Origin: Massalongia carnosa
Lineage: Eukaryota
Length of the DNA stretch: 64,000 nt
Assembly: GCA_965645245.1 (NCBI GenBank)
Contig: OZ287080.1
Location: 1,550,001-1,614,000, forward strand
Direction of reading: 5' to 3'
Shown here: positions 36,418 through 48,725 of the stretch, in pieces
How positions within the stretch are numbered: the stretch's first letter is position 1
Layout of the letters: the number at the start of each line of letters is the position of its first letter
Position numbers and translations under genes: made by a program
Notes under the pieces: generated by a model
The model's input: the letters and a program-made list of their open reading frames with translations, nothing else
What the model was told of the DNA's origin: nothing
Databases searched by the model: none

Positions 36418-39400
36418 TGTATCCGCGAATCTGTGTACAATGTAACAAATCTATATCTGATTCTTTGTTACTGTTTGAACTTATTGTCGACACGACGACA
36501 TGTGAGGATACTGGCTCATTGAGCGTACGATTAACAGGAACAGTTTAGATCTTATCTGGATCAACAAAGAATAACGGGATCACTCTATCCGTGTCTGTCA
36601 GTTGAAAGATGCTCAATTTAGGACCTCGTCTTTATAGGAAGCGGTCTTTAGCAGTCGAATCCAAAGGAACACTCGCTGAATATTCTCAAATGATAGACAG
36701 TGAGTATAAATTTGTCGAAGCTGAGCACATGTGCCAGAGCGGAGTCGAAGAAAGTCGCCAATATGCAATGAGAAACGTTTGCCGGTTGACCTGACAGTAA
36801 AGGAGCATTGTTCATACCAGTATAAAGGCTTGTTTCCCCATTGAACGCCATTAAGGCCATACCCGGTCATAGCAGTTTGCAGCAGTTGCCTAAATCGGAG
36901 CTCTGTGGAGTTGATTATTCTGATAGGAAGACCTTGATTTGGTGCATAGGAAAGTTTGAGCTTTCCCCGCACTGCAGGTTTTAAATGTGAGGGAGATTCT
37001 AATAGACAGTCATTTGTCGACTCCTGATCGTCTGTTTGTGGGCGATCCCCGTGAAATAATAGACTTTCAAGGAGAGCCGGGCAGTTCCGCTTCAAACGAA
37101 TCATTTGTAGAATGATCTCCGGATCGGTATGACGAAATGAGCCATTCAAAAGAGCGACGACAGTGAAGATGATAGCGGCTTTCACTAAAAGCTGTCGCTC
37201 TGGCTTTCGATGATTTGTTAACAATACGGCTTGCTTAAAAAAGCGATGTCTGTCTCCTCCAAAGAGAACATTAACGTTCCACAGAACACCATACTCCTGC
37301 ATGACTCTTTCGAAATGCATACCGATATGAAAGTTTGGCAGCTTATCGGCCTCGCCATTCCGAGTAGTCACTGATGCAGAAAGTCTCATGTCGGGATCTG
37401 CCACAAGATTACCAATGGACGCCTCTTCAAATGGAGTGTCTATATCACCAATAAGGGACTTTATGGATGTTTCAGAAATCGATGCTCGTCTAAAACTGAA
37501 AGATAACTCCTCAGTGACAGACTCACTTTTCTCGTTATCTTTCTTCTTTTCTTGTCGTTTTGGATTTTGTGCTGCATTCATCAGACCTAGATAACATCGT
37601 CGAGCATTGACGATTTGACTGTGAAATTCTTGACGATCTTTGAGGGATAATTCGAAAGACGAGATTAACGTGTTACTCCATGCGAGTTTGCCAAAGCAAA
37701 ACACTATCAAATCTTCATCTGAAGCGCAATGGCGACGTTCTTGAGGAAACTGAACTTTCAATCCATTTCGAAAAGGCTGTCGTACATGACGATTTCTTAA
37801 CCAACAGCGAAGAAGTAGAGGTATTACGACTGAGGCACGAGCGCATTCACTCATACTCCATGGGGCCATATGAATAGCCGGAGTCTCTATTCGGCCCTAG
37901 CCAGGTGGAAACGGAAAACAGTGCAAGGCAGCTGTAAACTCTTCAGCAGCTCATTTCGTGAGTATTTTCGTGTAAAGAAAAGGGTACAATCTTCGTACTA
38001 GGCCGTAATACTCGCTATGAGCCGGATCCGGTGGACAACTCATGATAAGATCAAGCGCCGGGGTTAATGTCTGAAGCGCAGAAGATTCGGGTTTGAGCCC
38101 ATTTCGTGTAAGATATGCCAGTCTCTTTGTCTTTCCTTTTATTGCTAGGCTTTTTTTTCGTATAGCCAACACCTCATGATGATAACGACTATGAAGTAGA
38201 ATATCCCGCTGTAAATCTCCTCGATTATGGAGGCCCGCATCACAAAAGCGACAACAATAGTTGGCACGTGGCCCAAGAAACCCTCCGGAGGCTTGCTGCT
38301 GCTTCATATCACCAAGATATGCTAGAATCGGGGCCCAAGCCGCTTATTTCTGTCCATTTATTTCAAGAATGCAATCACGATCCATGTTTCCCAAACTGGT
38401 ATGAAGACAGTTCATCACATCGTTAAACTCGGATCCGTGCGGGTCAAGAGCAATGGTGTAAGCATTAAAACTCTTTTGACGTTCCGAAGCGGGCAAGCCT
38501 GCTGGCATGGCATAGACACCAGTGATGGAACGATACATGTTTCGATATAACCCGAAATCGTCGATAAAAATGACAAGGGGACATGACTGAACTCCTTTAA
38601 TTAGCTATGAGATTAGGTACTCTCGACCAAAGACTTCTAATTCTAATTCCGCTCGAATCGATGATGAAAGATTGATTGATCTAAGATCTCCTCGCGTGAC
38701 GTTGAATATCTGACGAATTAAGACAGGCGTTGTAGACCGTACCTGATCATTCCTACAAATTGCAACATCGAAACGGCGAGCTAGAACATGCTCGGATAAG
38801 ACCTCTTGATCCGCGTCTTCTATCAAAAGCAACTGATCTTCGGGCCAGTCAAACGTGACCGGAACTGAATATTCGTTGACGTTCTTTCTACTATCAAAGG
38901 ACGAATCCTGACAAGAGTTTGACCTAGGGTCAAAGATCGCGATCTTTGATCACGTCCAAAAAATATGACCTGTCCGCAGTGACTGTCATGAATAATCCCA
39001 CATTTATCATTGCCACAGCGATACTGCACAATGTCAGAGGGGAAAATAGGGGATGAATCGGGAAATCTCGCAAAATTAGTGGAACATGTACGAATAGAAG
39101 AACCCCAACTGTTTGAATGCCAGTATTCCGAAGGATTATCAACGATCTCTGTCATACCGATATGAATGTTTCGTTGAGTTCTGGCTGAAAGTAAGATATT
39201 GATAATAATTCGAGCATCGAAGTAATAGACGTTGGCTTGAGCCGGTCTTGGTGTCCGGTGGGTTGTTTTTCTCGTCGTACTGGTACCGCTGCCTTCTGAA
39301 TGGATGGAAGGGGAAGGCGCTTACGGCAACAGGATTGCAAAGTTGATAGTCGCTTTGGCAAATTTCGCACTTCATGAGTGTCTAGCAATTGCAAAACTTC

Positions 39401-39862
39401 GAGTAGGACATCATAGGTGCGTCGCTTGATGCCTTCTTTATCACACCAGAGACCGAGAGCCAGGCAGAAATCCGATATTTCTCCTCGTACTGGGCGGGAG
39501 GGCACCCGGATCTCATCATCAATCGTGCTTTCAGGAGCAGAAGGGCCAAACTCGTTGAAAGACTCACCGGTGTCTATGCTATCTATATCAAATTCCGTGA
39601 GTTGATTGGATGGCAATGTCATGATAGCATTTGAAGAAATTAAGCTGACAGCAAAGGCCGATGTATCAGCGATTGAAGCAGGCCGAGTATGAACTTTTTG
39701 AAACTCTTCATCAGTTTCCCGCTCATAATCACTATTTTGATTGAATGCCGTCTCTATATCGGCTGGCAAATTGCCTTGAACGTGTTGTTCAGGAACTTGG
39801 TTTGACGATGGTTGGATTTTATTGAGATTCTCTATGGTTCGCTTCTTATGCGCCATTGTCAT
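36410..39862 (-). pseudogene. Inactivated large transposase, CACTA/EnSpm-Plavaka-like (CMC-type RNase H fold), with BAH-like C-terminal region
   Basis: Reassembled frame: EYWHSNSWGSSIR, IFPSDIV, IFIDDFGLYRNMYRSITGVY, LAYLGDMKQQ, CRFC, PDPAHSEYYG, LPNFHIGMH, HRFFK, IGDFL; at least 3 frameshifts and 4 in-frame stops. Confidence 0.75.
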
Positions 39863-40417
39863 TCGTTCTGAACTCTGGATCTGCTTTTGCTTCTCATGAA
39901 TATGTACAGAATTTTGTTGCTATGAAGAACCGGCTTGCGTAGACCCGTGGCCAGGGAAGTCTATCGGTTGACTTATGAAAGGCAGTGAGTTGACCCGTGG
40001 GACACTGCTCTGAACAGTGGATGCTGAAACAATCAATGTCTTTTCCACAAGAGGAGGATCCTGAAAACTGAAATCATCAAGGTCGGGTTTATTCAGACTG
40101 ATATGAAGCAGGCTTACTGCTGGAACGGTTGAAGCAGTGTCGATGATTTATGCTTTCTTCTCTTTCTCAAAACATGACGTTCGTCGAGCATCATAGTCTC
40201 CGTCGCATCATCCTGATATTCGCGACGAGGCATCGTGTCTCATAACTGAATTTAGTTCTGTGCGCAGGTGAGATATTCTCATGAAGAATCACTTGTGCGT
40301 TGATATTTTAGTTCTTAGGGCTTTAGCACACTATTTCAGAACATTAGCATTCGTCTTTACTGCTTCGCGCTTTCTTTCGATTGCACTATCATTAGTGCTG
40401 GTATCAAAAATACAATC

Positions 40418-41338
40418 ATGAACGAATCATCGTCAAATGAAGAGGTCCTTAAACCTTTAACGCAAGCCGAAACACAATCAGGATCAACAGCGGCAGAAAT
40501 ATCTACCAAAAAGACGCGGAGAAGACAGGCCATTACCTTCGAATGGAAACTAATAGTCATGCGAATGAAGGCTTCTTTGCGGCCATTTGCGCTTCGTTAT
40601 GACAAGTTGAACGCAGATCAAATAGCGCATATCGTTCGAAATACAATAAGAGAAGATGTGGATGAGGAAGATATTTATTTCAGGAAGGGAGTCACCAAGG
40701 TGCAATCCAACGTTTCAACGTGGAAACATCGCTCTCTAGCGTGTATGAAAGTATGTAGCTTGCTATTAGCGTTTATACTCGACTTCTGATTGTTTTTAGG
40801 ACTACATACAGTCTGCTATCATGAGAGACAACCTAAGGCTGCTGGAATCCGAACATGACTCGAGCAGGCTATTCAAAGCCTTTGCACAGCAATATGATCA
40901 TCATGATGCTGAGACAGTCTTTCCATGGGCAGCCAAAACTTTGATGTTCCACGAGTCTTCAAAGAAGGGTGCAATGCCTCGAGGGCCCTATTGGATTAAA
41001 GGTAAGTGACAAGGCATACGAGAACTGATGGAATTTACATATTGATATGAAAAAAGTATATTTTTTAAATTTAGCGGTCAAGACGAAATTGTACTTAGAC
41101 GCCCCCAGAGCCGAAGGCACAGATCGAACCTCTCTTCTAGAGAATTTTACGATACATTTCCTCAAATGGCAAAATATCAAAACATTAAGCCATATCATTT
41201 AAAATTGAAACCAGCTCGGGCAAAATGCCTGAGCAAGGGATCGGCGAATAATCTAGAGATGGAGGAATTTGGCGCTATCATGGATGAAATGGAGGTCACC
41301 GAGGCCGAGGACGAAGATGAGGACGGGCTTAGTTCGTG
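40418..41338 (+). CDS. Divergently transcribed transposon accessory gene of unknown function, intron-containing, possibly disrupted
   Basis: MNESSSNEEV... exon, GTATGT..TAG intron (about 40751-40799), further exons ending in acidic EAEDEDEDGLSS*. Confidence 0.5.
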
Positions 41339-42020
41339 AATGTTTGCTTTTTTGTACTGGTATGAAGAAAAGATGTTTTGCTTAGAGTTGTTGATGCAGC
41401 CACATTTAGCCTCAGGTTTGTTCTAGATAGGTGATAGCTTGACCGAAGAAAATGTTTTATTTGCACTCGACTCTAACAAAACTTGAGATCACGTCGACCA
41501 GATATTACACTGTTTAAAGCATTCCTGATTCAGAAGAATCTTTGAGCTAATCCAATGAAAATCTTCAAACCATGATCGTCTTGAGATTCTGTTGTTAAAA
41601 ACATCCATTCCATGTTATAAGATATTTTACTTATGATAAAGTTATGAGATTGTCTTTAAAACAGAATATCTGAACACTGTTCACAGTTTGCTTTCTTGAC
41701 TGACGTAATCACTTAATAGATAGACTATGACAAGAACATTCTAGTGGATAATAGCTTGAGACCATCTCAAGACCATGTCCGAATACCCCCAACCGCCCTT
41801 AAGGTACCTATATAATTTTGCGAGCTAGCTTGCGCTTAGATGGTAAGTGACGGGTACATAGGTGCTTATATTTTACATTCACATGATCTCGTATGTAAGG
41901 AATCCATCCAGCCGTGCGTGCCAGCCTGTCGTCTCTTCATCAGCATATCTAGTAATGCATGCCACGCTCCACCCACGCCCCTTGCGAGACCCACCCTTCA
42001 GCACGTAGACTGACCCCGAT

Positions 42021-43266
42021 TCAAGTCCCCTCGTCTCTATCCTTCCGCCCAATTCGCTCCTCATAAGCCTCCCAGGCTCTATTTCGATACCTTTCAGCCT
42101 CCGCTCTCCGATCCTTAGCCCCCAGCACTCCTCTCCCAACAATGATCACATCCGCCCCGTCCCCGCCCACCACATCCCTTGGCGACCGCCAATTCTGCCC
42201 TAATCCATCGCCCCTCTTCCCTCCCTCCTCGCCATCGGGGGGCAGGTTGACTCCTGGGGTAAAAGTCAGGAAGCCGTCTTTGGGCGTTGAGTTCAGCGAT
42301 CGCTGCGCTACGAAGCCCATCACAAATTCCGGGTGTGCGCGCGCGACGGAGACACAGGTGGATGTGTACGCGGGCGTTAGTAGATTGCCTTCGCTGCTCA
42401 TTTCTGCGAGGAGCAGTAAACCCCGACTGTGCGGGGGGGGGCCTAGTTCCTGCAACGCCTGTTCTCGATCCTGGGCGCTGGAATCGCCAGAGGAGAGTGA
42501 TCGTGTCCAAAGGATCGGGGGCGAGGGTTCGAAGGTCTGCGAGATGGTGGTGGTGGCGGTAACGACGCTACCTTTACGGGCGAAAGCATCTGGAGGCCCG
42601 TAGTCGTCGTCGTCGCCGTCGTTGGCCTCATTGTTGATGGTACCACCGTTCTCGCCTGCCTCGGTAGCTTCTTCGCCCGAAGAACAGCTGTCCAGGGAGG
42701 CGCGTGGAGAGCCAGTAGATATCTCGGTGAAAACGGATTGGTTTAGGGAGATTAGAGTTGCAGTGGCGGCGGAATGGAGGGCGGACACTATGGAAGGGCC
42801 CGGGAAAAGGTGGGCGTTCGTAATGTGTGCCCAGGTTGCTATGGCGAGAGGGCCGCGTGTGTACTGGGATTGGACTGTGCCTATGGGATTGAGAAATATT
42901 TTCGATTAGCCACGTGCTCGAGATGAGTGGAAATGTAGTTTGGCGCGTACTTCCTATATCGCCGAATTTCCTGTCTTCAAAGAGCAGAAAGGCCTTCCTC
43001 CTTGAAATTTCCTTGAGCCCCCTAATTGTTCGCTCCGAGAAGTCATCGATCATGTCCACGTGGGTTTTCAGAACGCATATATAGTCACCGACTTCCTCAG
43101 CAAGACGCAGGAGGGCGGAGGTGGTGTGCACATCAGCAGAAACACAAAGATTGGACCGTTTAATCGAGATCAGGTGGAGAAGATAACTTGTGAGTGGTGC
43201 TATACTGGGTCGCTCAGCGCGCACAGAGAAAGAGAGTGACAAGATTGCATGTGATTTTGCGGTCAT
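42021..43266 (-). CDS. URA3: Orotidine-5'-phosphate decarboxylase, 2 exons
   Basis: SNLCVSADV, LKTHVD, FEDRKFGDIG, RGLLLLAEMSSEG, TPGV, GDGLGQ, DVIIVGRG; one intron about 42882-42951. Confidence 0.95.
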
Positions 43267-44300
43267 GTTGGAACAACACCAACAACACGATGCGGAAGCC
43301 TTAGTTAACTAGCGCCAGAAGTCAAGACGACAAGTATGCCAGAGTATACAGAGTAGCTATCATTCAATCTCAAACGTTCACTTCTTTGCCCATCAAGACG
43401 AATAGTACTTTACGATAATGAAGAGAGAACAGTAGGGAGATATTCTGCATCTGTAAGGGGACTGAATTTGAGATATTCTATAGAGTCGAGAGTGAATTAT
43501 ACATAGAGGCTGGTTAGATATACGAAGGTGAGACATCTAAGGAGTACTTAGAGGTACTTGATAGTTATATACTCCGTATTTAAGGTAGTACCTTTGCGGG
43601 TGGAGGCTAATGTGGCTAACTGATCGGATGGGGCACGCTTTGCCGAATGTAGTAACCCAGAGTGCTTCGGTAAGACCGGATTGGGATGGCAAGGATACAC
43701 GATACTAGCGCTAATATCAGGCATGGATTAGCAAGAAAGAAACCTAAGCACAGGTCGCACCGCTTTCCCCAATTCTAGATACTGGGAATACTTGGGTACC
43801 TTAGGGACCTGTACATTTGCCTGTGTACCTCGGTAGTTACACAGACGGTGGAGAACGTCTCCGAATGAAGAAATATCGGTGTCTTTACCACCGATCGGGC
43901 CGTGATAATCCGTACAGATGTAAGCTATTTATCTCATCTCATCTTATCTTATCTTAGACGCTATATTCTTCGCAAGGCGGATTGGGAACCCGCGGTTTAG
44001 CAACAAAAAACATCTTAAAAGTGCCCAATGAGCGTGTTGAATCTCAAATGATTGAACCTCGTGATGACGACTTCTACTAATGTTGACGAACAGCACACAC
44101 GAAATGATTAACGCTGTTGACATGTGTTTCGCCAACATTAGCATCAATAAAATCCAACCTTTACTTATGTGGATTTTGAACCCATCGGCATCCCTCCCTT
44201 CTTGTACTGGCTATGCCGTGCTGGACTTAGCGGCCGGTGGCTGATAGCAGACTTAGCGAAGAAAGCATGATAGGTGTAGAAACATAACGGTAGCCATAAG

Positions 44301-47300
44301 ATGACAGTCACCGCCATTAGACCAAAAACCGAACTCTCCAAAGTCGACAGCACGAGGGAACGGGAGTTGTACCGTTATTATCAACCATCGGATTCAAAAG
44401 TCGAGAGATCTACTCAAGGTCGGCGTAACCTTGCAGCGCTTGCTGATAACACCCTGAGCGTCGATGCTGCATCCTCTCCGGATACTACATTAACAGCTTT
44501 AGCACAGCTATGTGCACTTCGACTGAATGCCTCACGGGCAATGGTCAGGTATGTCTCGAGCTCAGATGGGTGTACATGAGTACTGACTTGATTTAGCGTG
44601 ATTGGAAAGGAAATCCAGTATTTTATTGCCGAGTCGACCAAATCCTTGAATCTTATAGACAATCAAAAGTCAGAGGTGGAAGGGGATGGATTATGGATTG
44701 GCTGTACAGAGGTCCAAAAAGAAGGGAGACTCTGTGAGGTACGTCCTGAGGGCAGCGTCGCAGAAATGAATGTTTGCTCACCTCGATAGAAAACGATCGA
44801 GCTCGCCCCTGTGCCAGGGAGATTCCCATGCTTTACTGTCACGGATCTCACTATGGACAGCCGCTTTAATCAGCTACCGTTTGTCACAGGTCCTCCTTTC
44901 TTTAAGTTTTATGCTGGCACGCCCTTGACTACCAAAAAGGGAATCAATATTGGTAGCCTATTCATTGTGGACACTGTCGTAAGGCCGGTGTTGAACACAG
45001 ACCAGCAAGAGTTTCTCGGATCCGTTGCTCAGATCGTCATGGGCCATATGGAGGTGTCTAGAGAAGCCCAAGAACGAAGAAAGGTGATGAGAATGTCAAG
45101 AGGGTTGAACGCGTTTGTGGAAGGCAAAGATAGATTTGATGCCGAAGAACTCTTATCTACAAAGCCAATCTCTGGCTACAGTGAAGATGAACTATCTACT
45201 TCAACCACACGTAGAACATCAAACGTATCTGGTAGAGAAAACGCCATTGTAGAAAAACCTTCAAGTCAAGAAGAGGCTGAACCTCATACCACATCCGCTA
45301 GCTCCCCTGCAGCTAGCTTGATTGATCCAAAGAGCGAGTTTTCCGCCAATGTACCTGGCTTGAAACAAGTAAGAGACCCAACTACGAAGACAAAGCCTCC
45401 GGCATACCGAGATTCTTCCCAAAGTGGATCGGAAGCTGGGACATACAAAGAAAATAAGGATACTGGCTATCAGTCGACTTTTGTACGAGCAGCCAAACTC
45501 CTTCGCCAGTCCCTGGATCTTCATTCTGGAGGGGTTGTTTTTTTTGATACTACAACTGGGTTTCGCAGCCACGATGACGATTTGCCTACTAGCCCGGTCA
45601 ACCAAGACGGTACCGTAAGAAGAGAATTTACGGCTGACAATGACAATCAATCTCCAATCCTACAGCAACCCCCAATTGTCTTGGTTGAGACAGGGCTAAG
45701 ACGTGACAGTTTCGGCGGTCGATTGGAGAAAGTCCAAAAGCTGGCCGAGATCATAAGCTTCTCTACGAGTGAAGAAACTCTATATTTGCCAAATCTAGGC
45801 CAGCGACTGAACTCTTTTAGCCAATTGGGCGAAGATTCACTCCAATATCTTCTGCATAAATATCCCCGCGGGAAGCTCTGGTCATTCGATGAGGACGGAA
45901 GTTTCTCATCATCCGAGGAAGAGGTCGCCCAAAACAAGGGAAATTTAGCAACTAACAGACAGTCTTCAACTCAGAGAAAACTGTTGGTTGCACTGATGCT
46001 CCAAGGACATTTCCCTAGTGGTGAGCACGTAAAATCTATTGCCGTGGACACAGAGTACTACTTATATACTCAATAGTTCGTCAATTACTATTTGCACCAT
46101 TATGGGATTCGGGAGCATCACGATGGTTTTCTGGCTGTTTCGTCTTCAGTCCTTCAAGTGAACAGATGTTTTCCCCCGAGGCTGAGCTTAACTTTGTTAC
46201 AGCGTTTAACAACAGTGTCATGGCCGAAGGTAAAGAGAATTCCCTACCTTTATGAATGATTCCTCATACTGAGTCCATTCTGGCAGTTTCGAGGCTAGCT
46301 TCTGTAGCTGCAGACCGCCAGAAAGGTGATTTTATTGGGTCTATTTCCCATGAACTCAGGTCACCATTGCATGGCATACTTGCCAGCGCAGAGTTTCTAT
46401 CGGAAACCGAGTCAGATGCGTTCCAAGACAGCCTGGTTAACACCATTCTAAGCTGCGGGCGTACGCTCCTCGATACGATTGACCATATATTAGACTTTAG
46501 TAAGATAAACTCATTTGAAAGGAACTGGCGAAACGCCCAAAAACCCGGATTCAGACCCCGAGGAACGGGAACTATCGGCCAATCCGTGAGTAAAGAGGCA
46601 CTTCCATTGATGAATATTTTCGCAATCACCAATGTAGCAGCCGTGGCTGAAGAGGTGATCGAGGGTGTCTATGCAGGCCAGATCTACCAGAACATCAGCT
46701 CTTCCGACATGACAAATCCTACCCCCGGATTCAGAAACAGGCGTCAAGAAAGTAGATCTAGTTCTGGGTTTGCATCGATAATGAGCGGACCCTATCCCGA
46801 AGGAATTGCGTTAAACGGAATCGAGGTTATCTTGGATATTGCCCCTGAGGACTTTACCTTCACCACGCAGCCCGGTGCGCTTCGGCGTATTATCATGAAT
46901 CTGTTCGGCAATGCTTTGAAGTACACCACAAAAGGTACAATCACGGTCCAACTTGCGCTCTGTGATATAGACACCAGCGTTGAAATGAATCCCGCGGCCA
47001 GAGTGCTCGAAATAAAGATTAAAGACACCGGCAAAGGTATCTCCAGCGAATATCTCCGGACCAAGCTTTACACCCCCTTCTGCCAGGAAGATACACTCGC
47101 AAGTGGGACCGGACTAGGTCTCTCCCTTGTTCGGTCCATCGTTAACATGCTTGGAGGTTCCATCGCTATTCGCAGTCAAGTAGGAGCAGGCACAGAAGTC
47201 ACGATCTGCCTTCCATTATTGCGAGCATCCGAAAAAGATTCCCAAGCTTCAACCCCCAGCAGCGCAGAGACCTTCGAGGCGTCACATGCTGACTCAATCA

Positions 47301-48725
47301 ATGCCTTACGTGCGGACTATTCTGATAAAACTGTAGCTCTTTATGGGATGGCTGAGGGAGCTGAGCTAGCCCGTGTAATCAAGCGGTACATCTATGACTG
47401 GTTTGGTCTTAAAATCCTTTCGTCGTGGTCAAACGCACACCCTCCAGATGTAATTATGGTTGATGAGCAGGCCCTCCCAGCCTTATCGAAAAAGGAAACT
47501 ATCGCCACTTCAATTGTCGTGATATGCAGTAACTCTTCAAACTATGGTCAGCGGCCACCTTCTGTTGGGGGTAGCTTTGCCGTAGAGTATCTGTCAAAGC
47601 CGTTTGGACCATATAAGCTCGCCAAAGCATTGCGACTCTGCCTAGAAAATGCCAGAGACATTGATTCGAGGTTAAGATCTCACTTTATAACCGAAAATAT
47701 TCTAGGAGAATCAGCTTTCGGCACAGTGGTGTCAGGCTTCCAGGCTCTTGCTCTGAAACCTGAAACTGGAGTTGCAATCCTTTCAACGAAGCCAGAGGGA
47801 ATTGTAACAGCAACCGGGTCTATCAATGCACAGATGGTGGTTGGTGTATCTCCGACCTTACCCAAGAAGGAAGGATTCATCAATAATGCTGAAGAATATC
47901 CTTTTCCGGGCTCGGACGCTAATCTAGCAAAGGCCTCTGATCAAAACCAAGACAAGTTTACCAGCTATGACTCAATGCATCCAAAAACAATCCATAAAGT
48001 CACAGAGTCACCAGAGAAACCTCCCTTCGCCTCCTCTTCTACCATTACAAACAAAGACAAACTTACGGCGGATACTGCCCAGGATTCACGTCGAGAGAGT
48101 ATCACTCCCATAGCAGCGCCATTTCCCCAAATAGAGAAACGTCCTCCAAGACTATTACTAGTGGACGACAACAGTATCAACCTTCGACTATTAGAAACTT
48201 ACATGCGGAAACGAAAGCACAAGTTCGTGGACTCGGCGGAAAATGGTCAATTGGCTGTCCAAGCGGCGGAGCGGCAGCTGGAAGGCTATGATATTATATT
48301 CATGGGTGAGTCACAAACCTGCTTTTCACTTTATCACTACTTGCTCGCTATCTACCTACTCCTTGTTCCTGTCTAACCTATCAATCTTACCCACAGACAT
48401 GAGCATGCCCGTCATGAACGGCTTCGAAGCGACACGCGCGATCCGCGAAATCGAGCGTGACCGTGGCCGAAAACGTGGAGGTGCCACTACAGTTCCCGAT
48501 CATGGCGAGAGAGCATCCCTATCATCAGCAACAAACGGATCACCGTTGTCGTCTTCGCCTCCCGCGCTGATCATTGCGCTCACAGGGCTAGCGTCGAGTA
48601 GGGACCAGAGCGAGGCATTCGCAAGCGGAATTGATCTTTTCTTAACGAAGCCAGTTTCGTTCAAGGAGGTGGGGAGGCTTTTGGATAATTGGGAGTTGCA
48701 TAGGGGCCGGGAGGAGAGCGCTTGA
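44301..48725 (+). CDS. Hybrid sensor histidine kinase (GAF, HisKA, HATPase, receiver), multi-exon
   Basis: GAF FYAGTPL; H-box ISHELRSPLHGI; N-box IMNLFGNALKYT; DTGKGIS; GTGLGLS; receiver LLVDDN...IFM|DMSMPVMNGFEATR...KP. Confidence 0.92.

Larger units (their letters stand above)
34877..41798. mobile_element. 6.9-kb TIR DNA transposon with TTAA duplication and three genes
   Basis: 44-bp TIRs GGGCGGTTGGGGGTATTCGGACATGRTCTTGAGATGGTCTCAAG (1 mismatch); TTAA at 34873-34876 and 41799-41802; subterminal CTTGAGA/TCTCAAG repeats. Confidence 0.92.

Noticed and set aside
42440..42760. Long low-complexity insertion in URA3
   Set aside because: Such insertions are common in filamentous ascomycete OMP decarboxylases; catalytic motifs are intact.
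17260..43266. ADE1 and URA3 in one window as a nucleotide cluster or engineered markers
   Set aside because: They are 23 kb apart, intron-containing, separated by unrelated genes, and no vector sequence is present.
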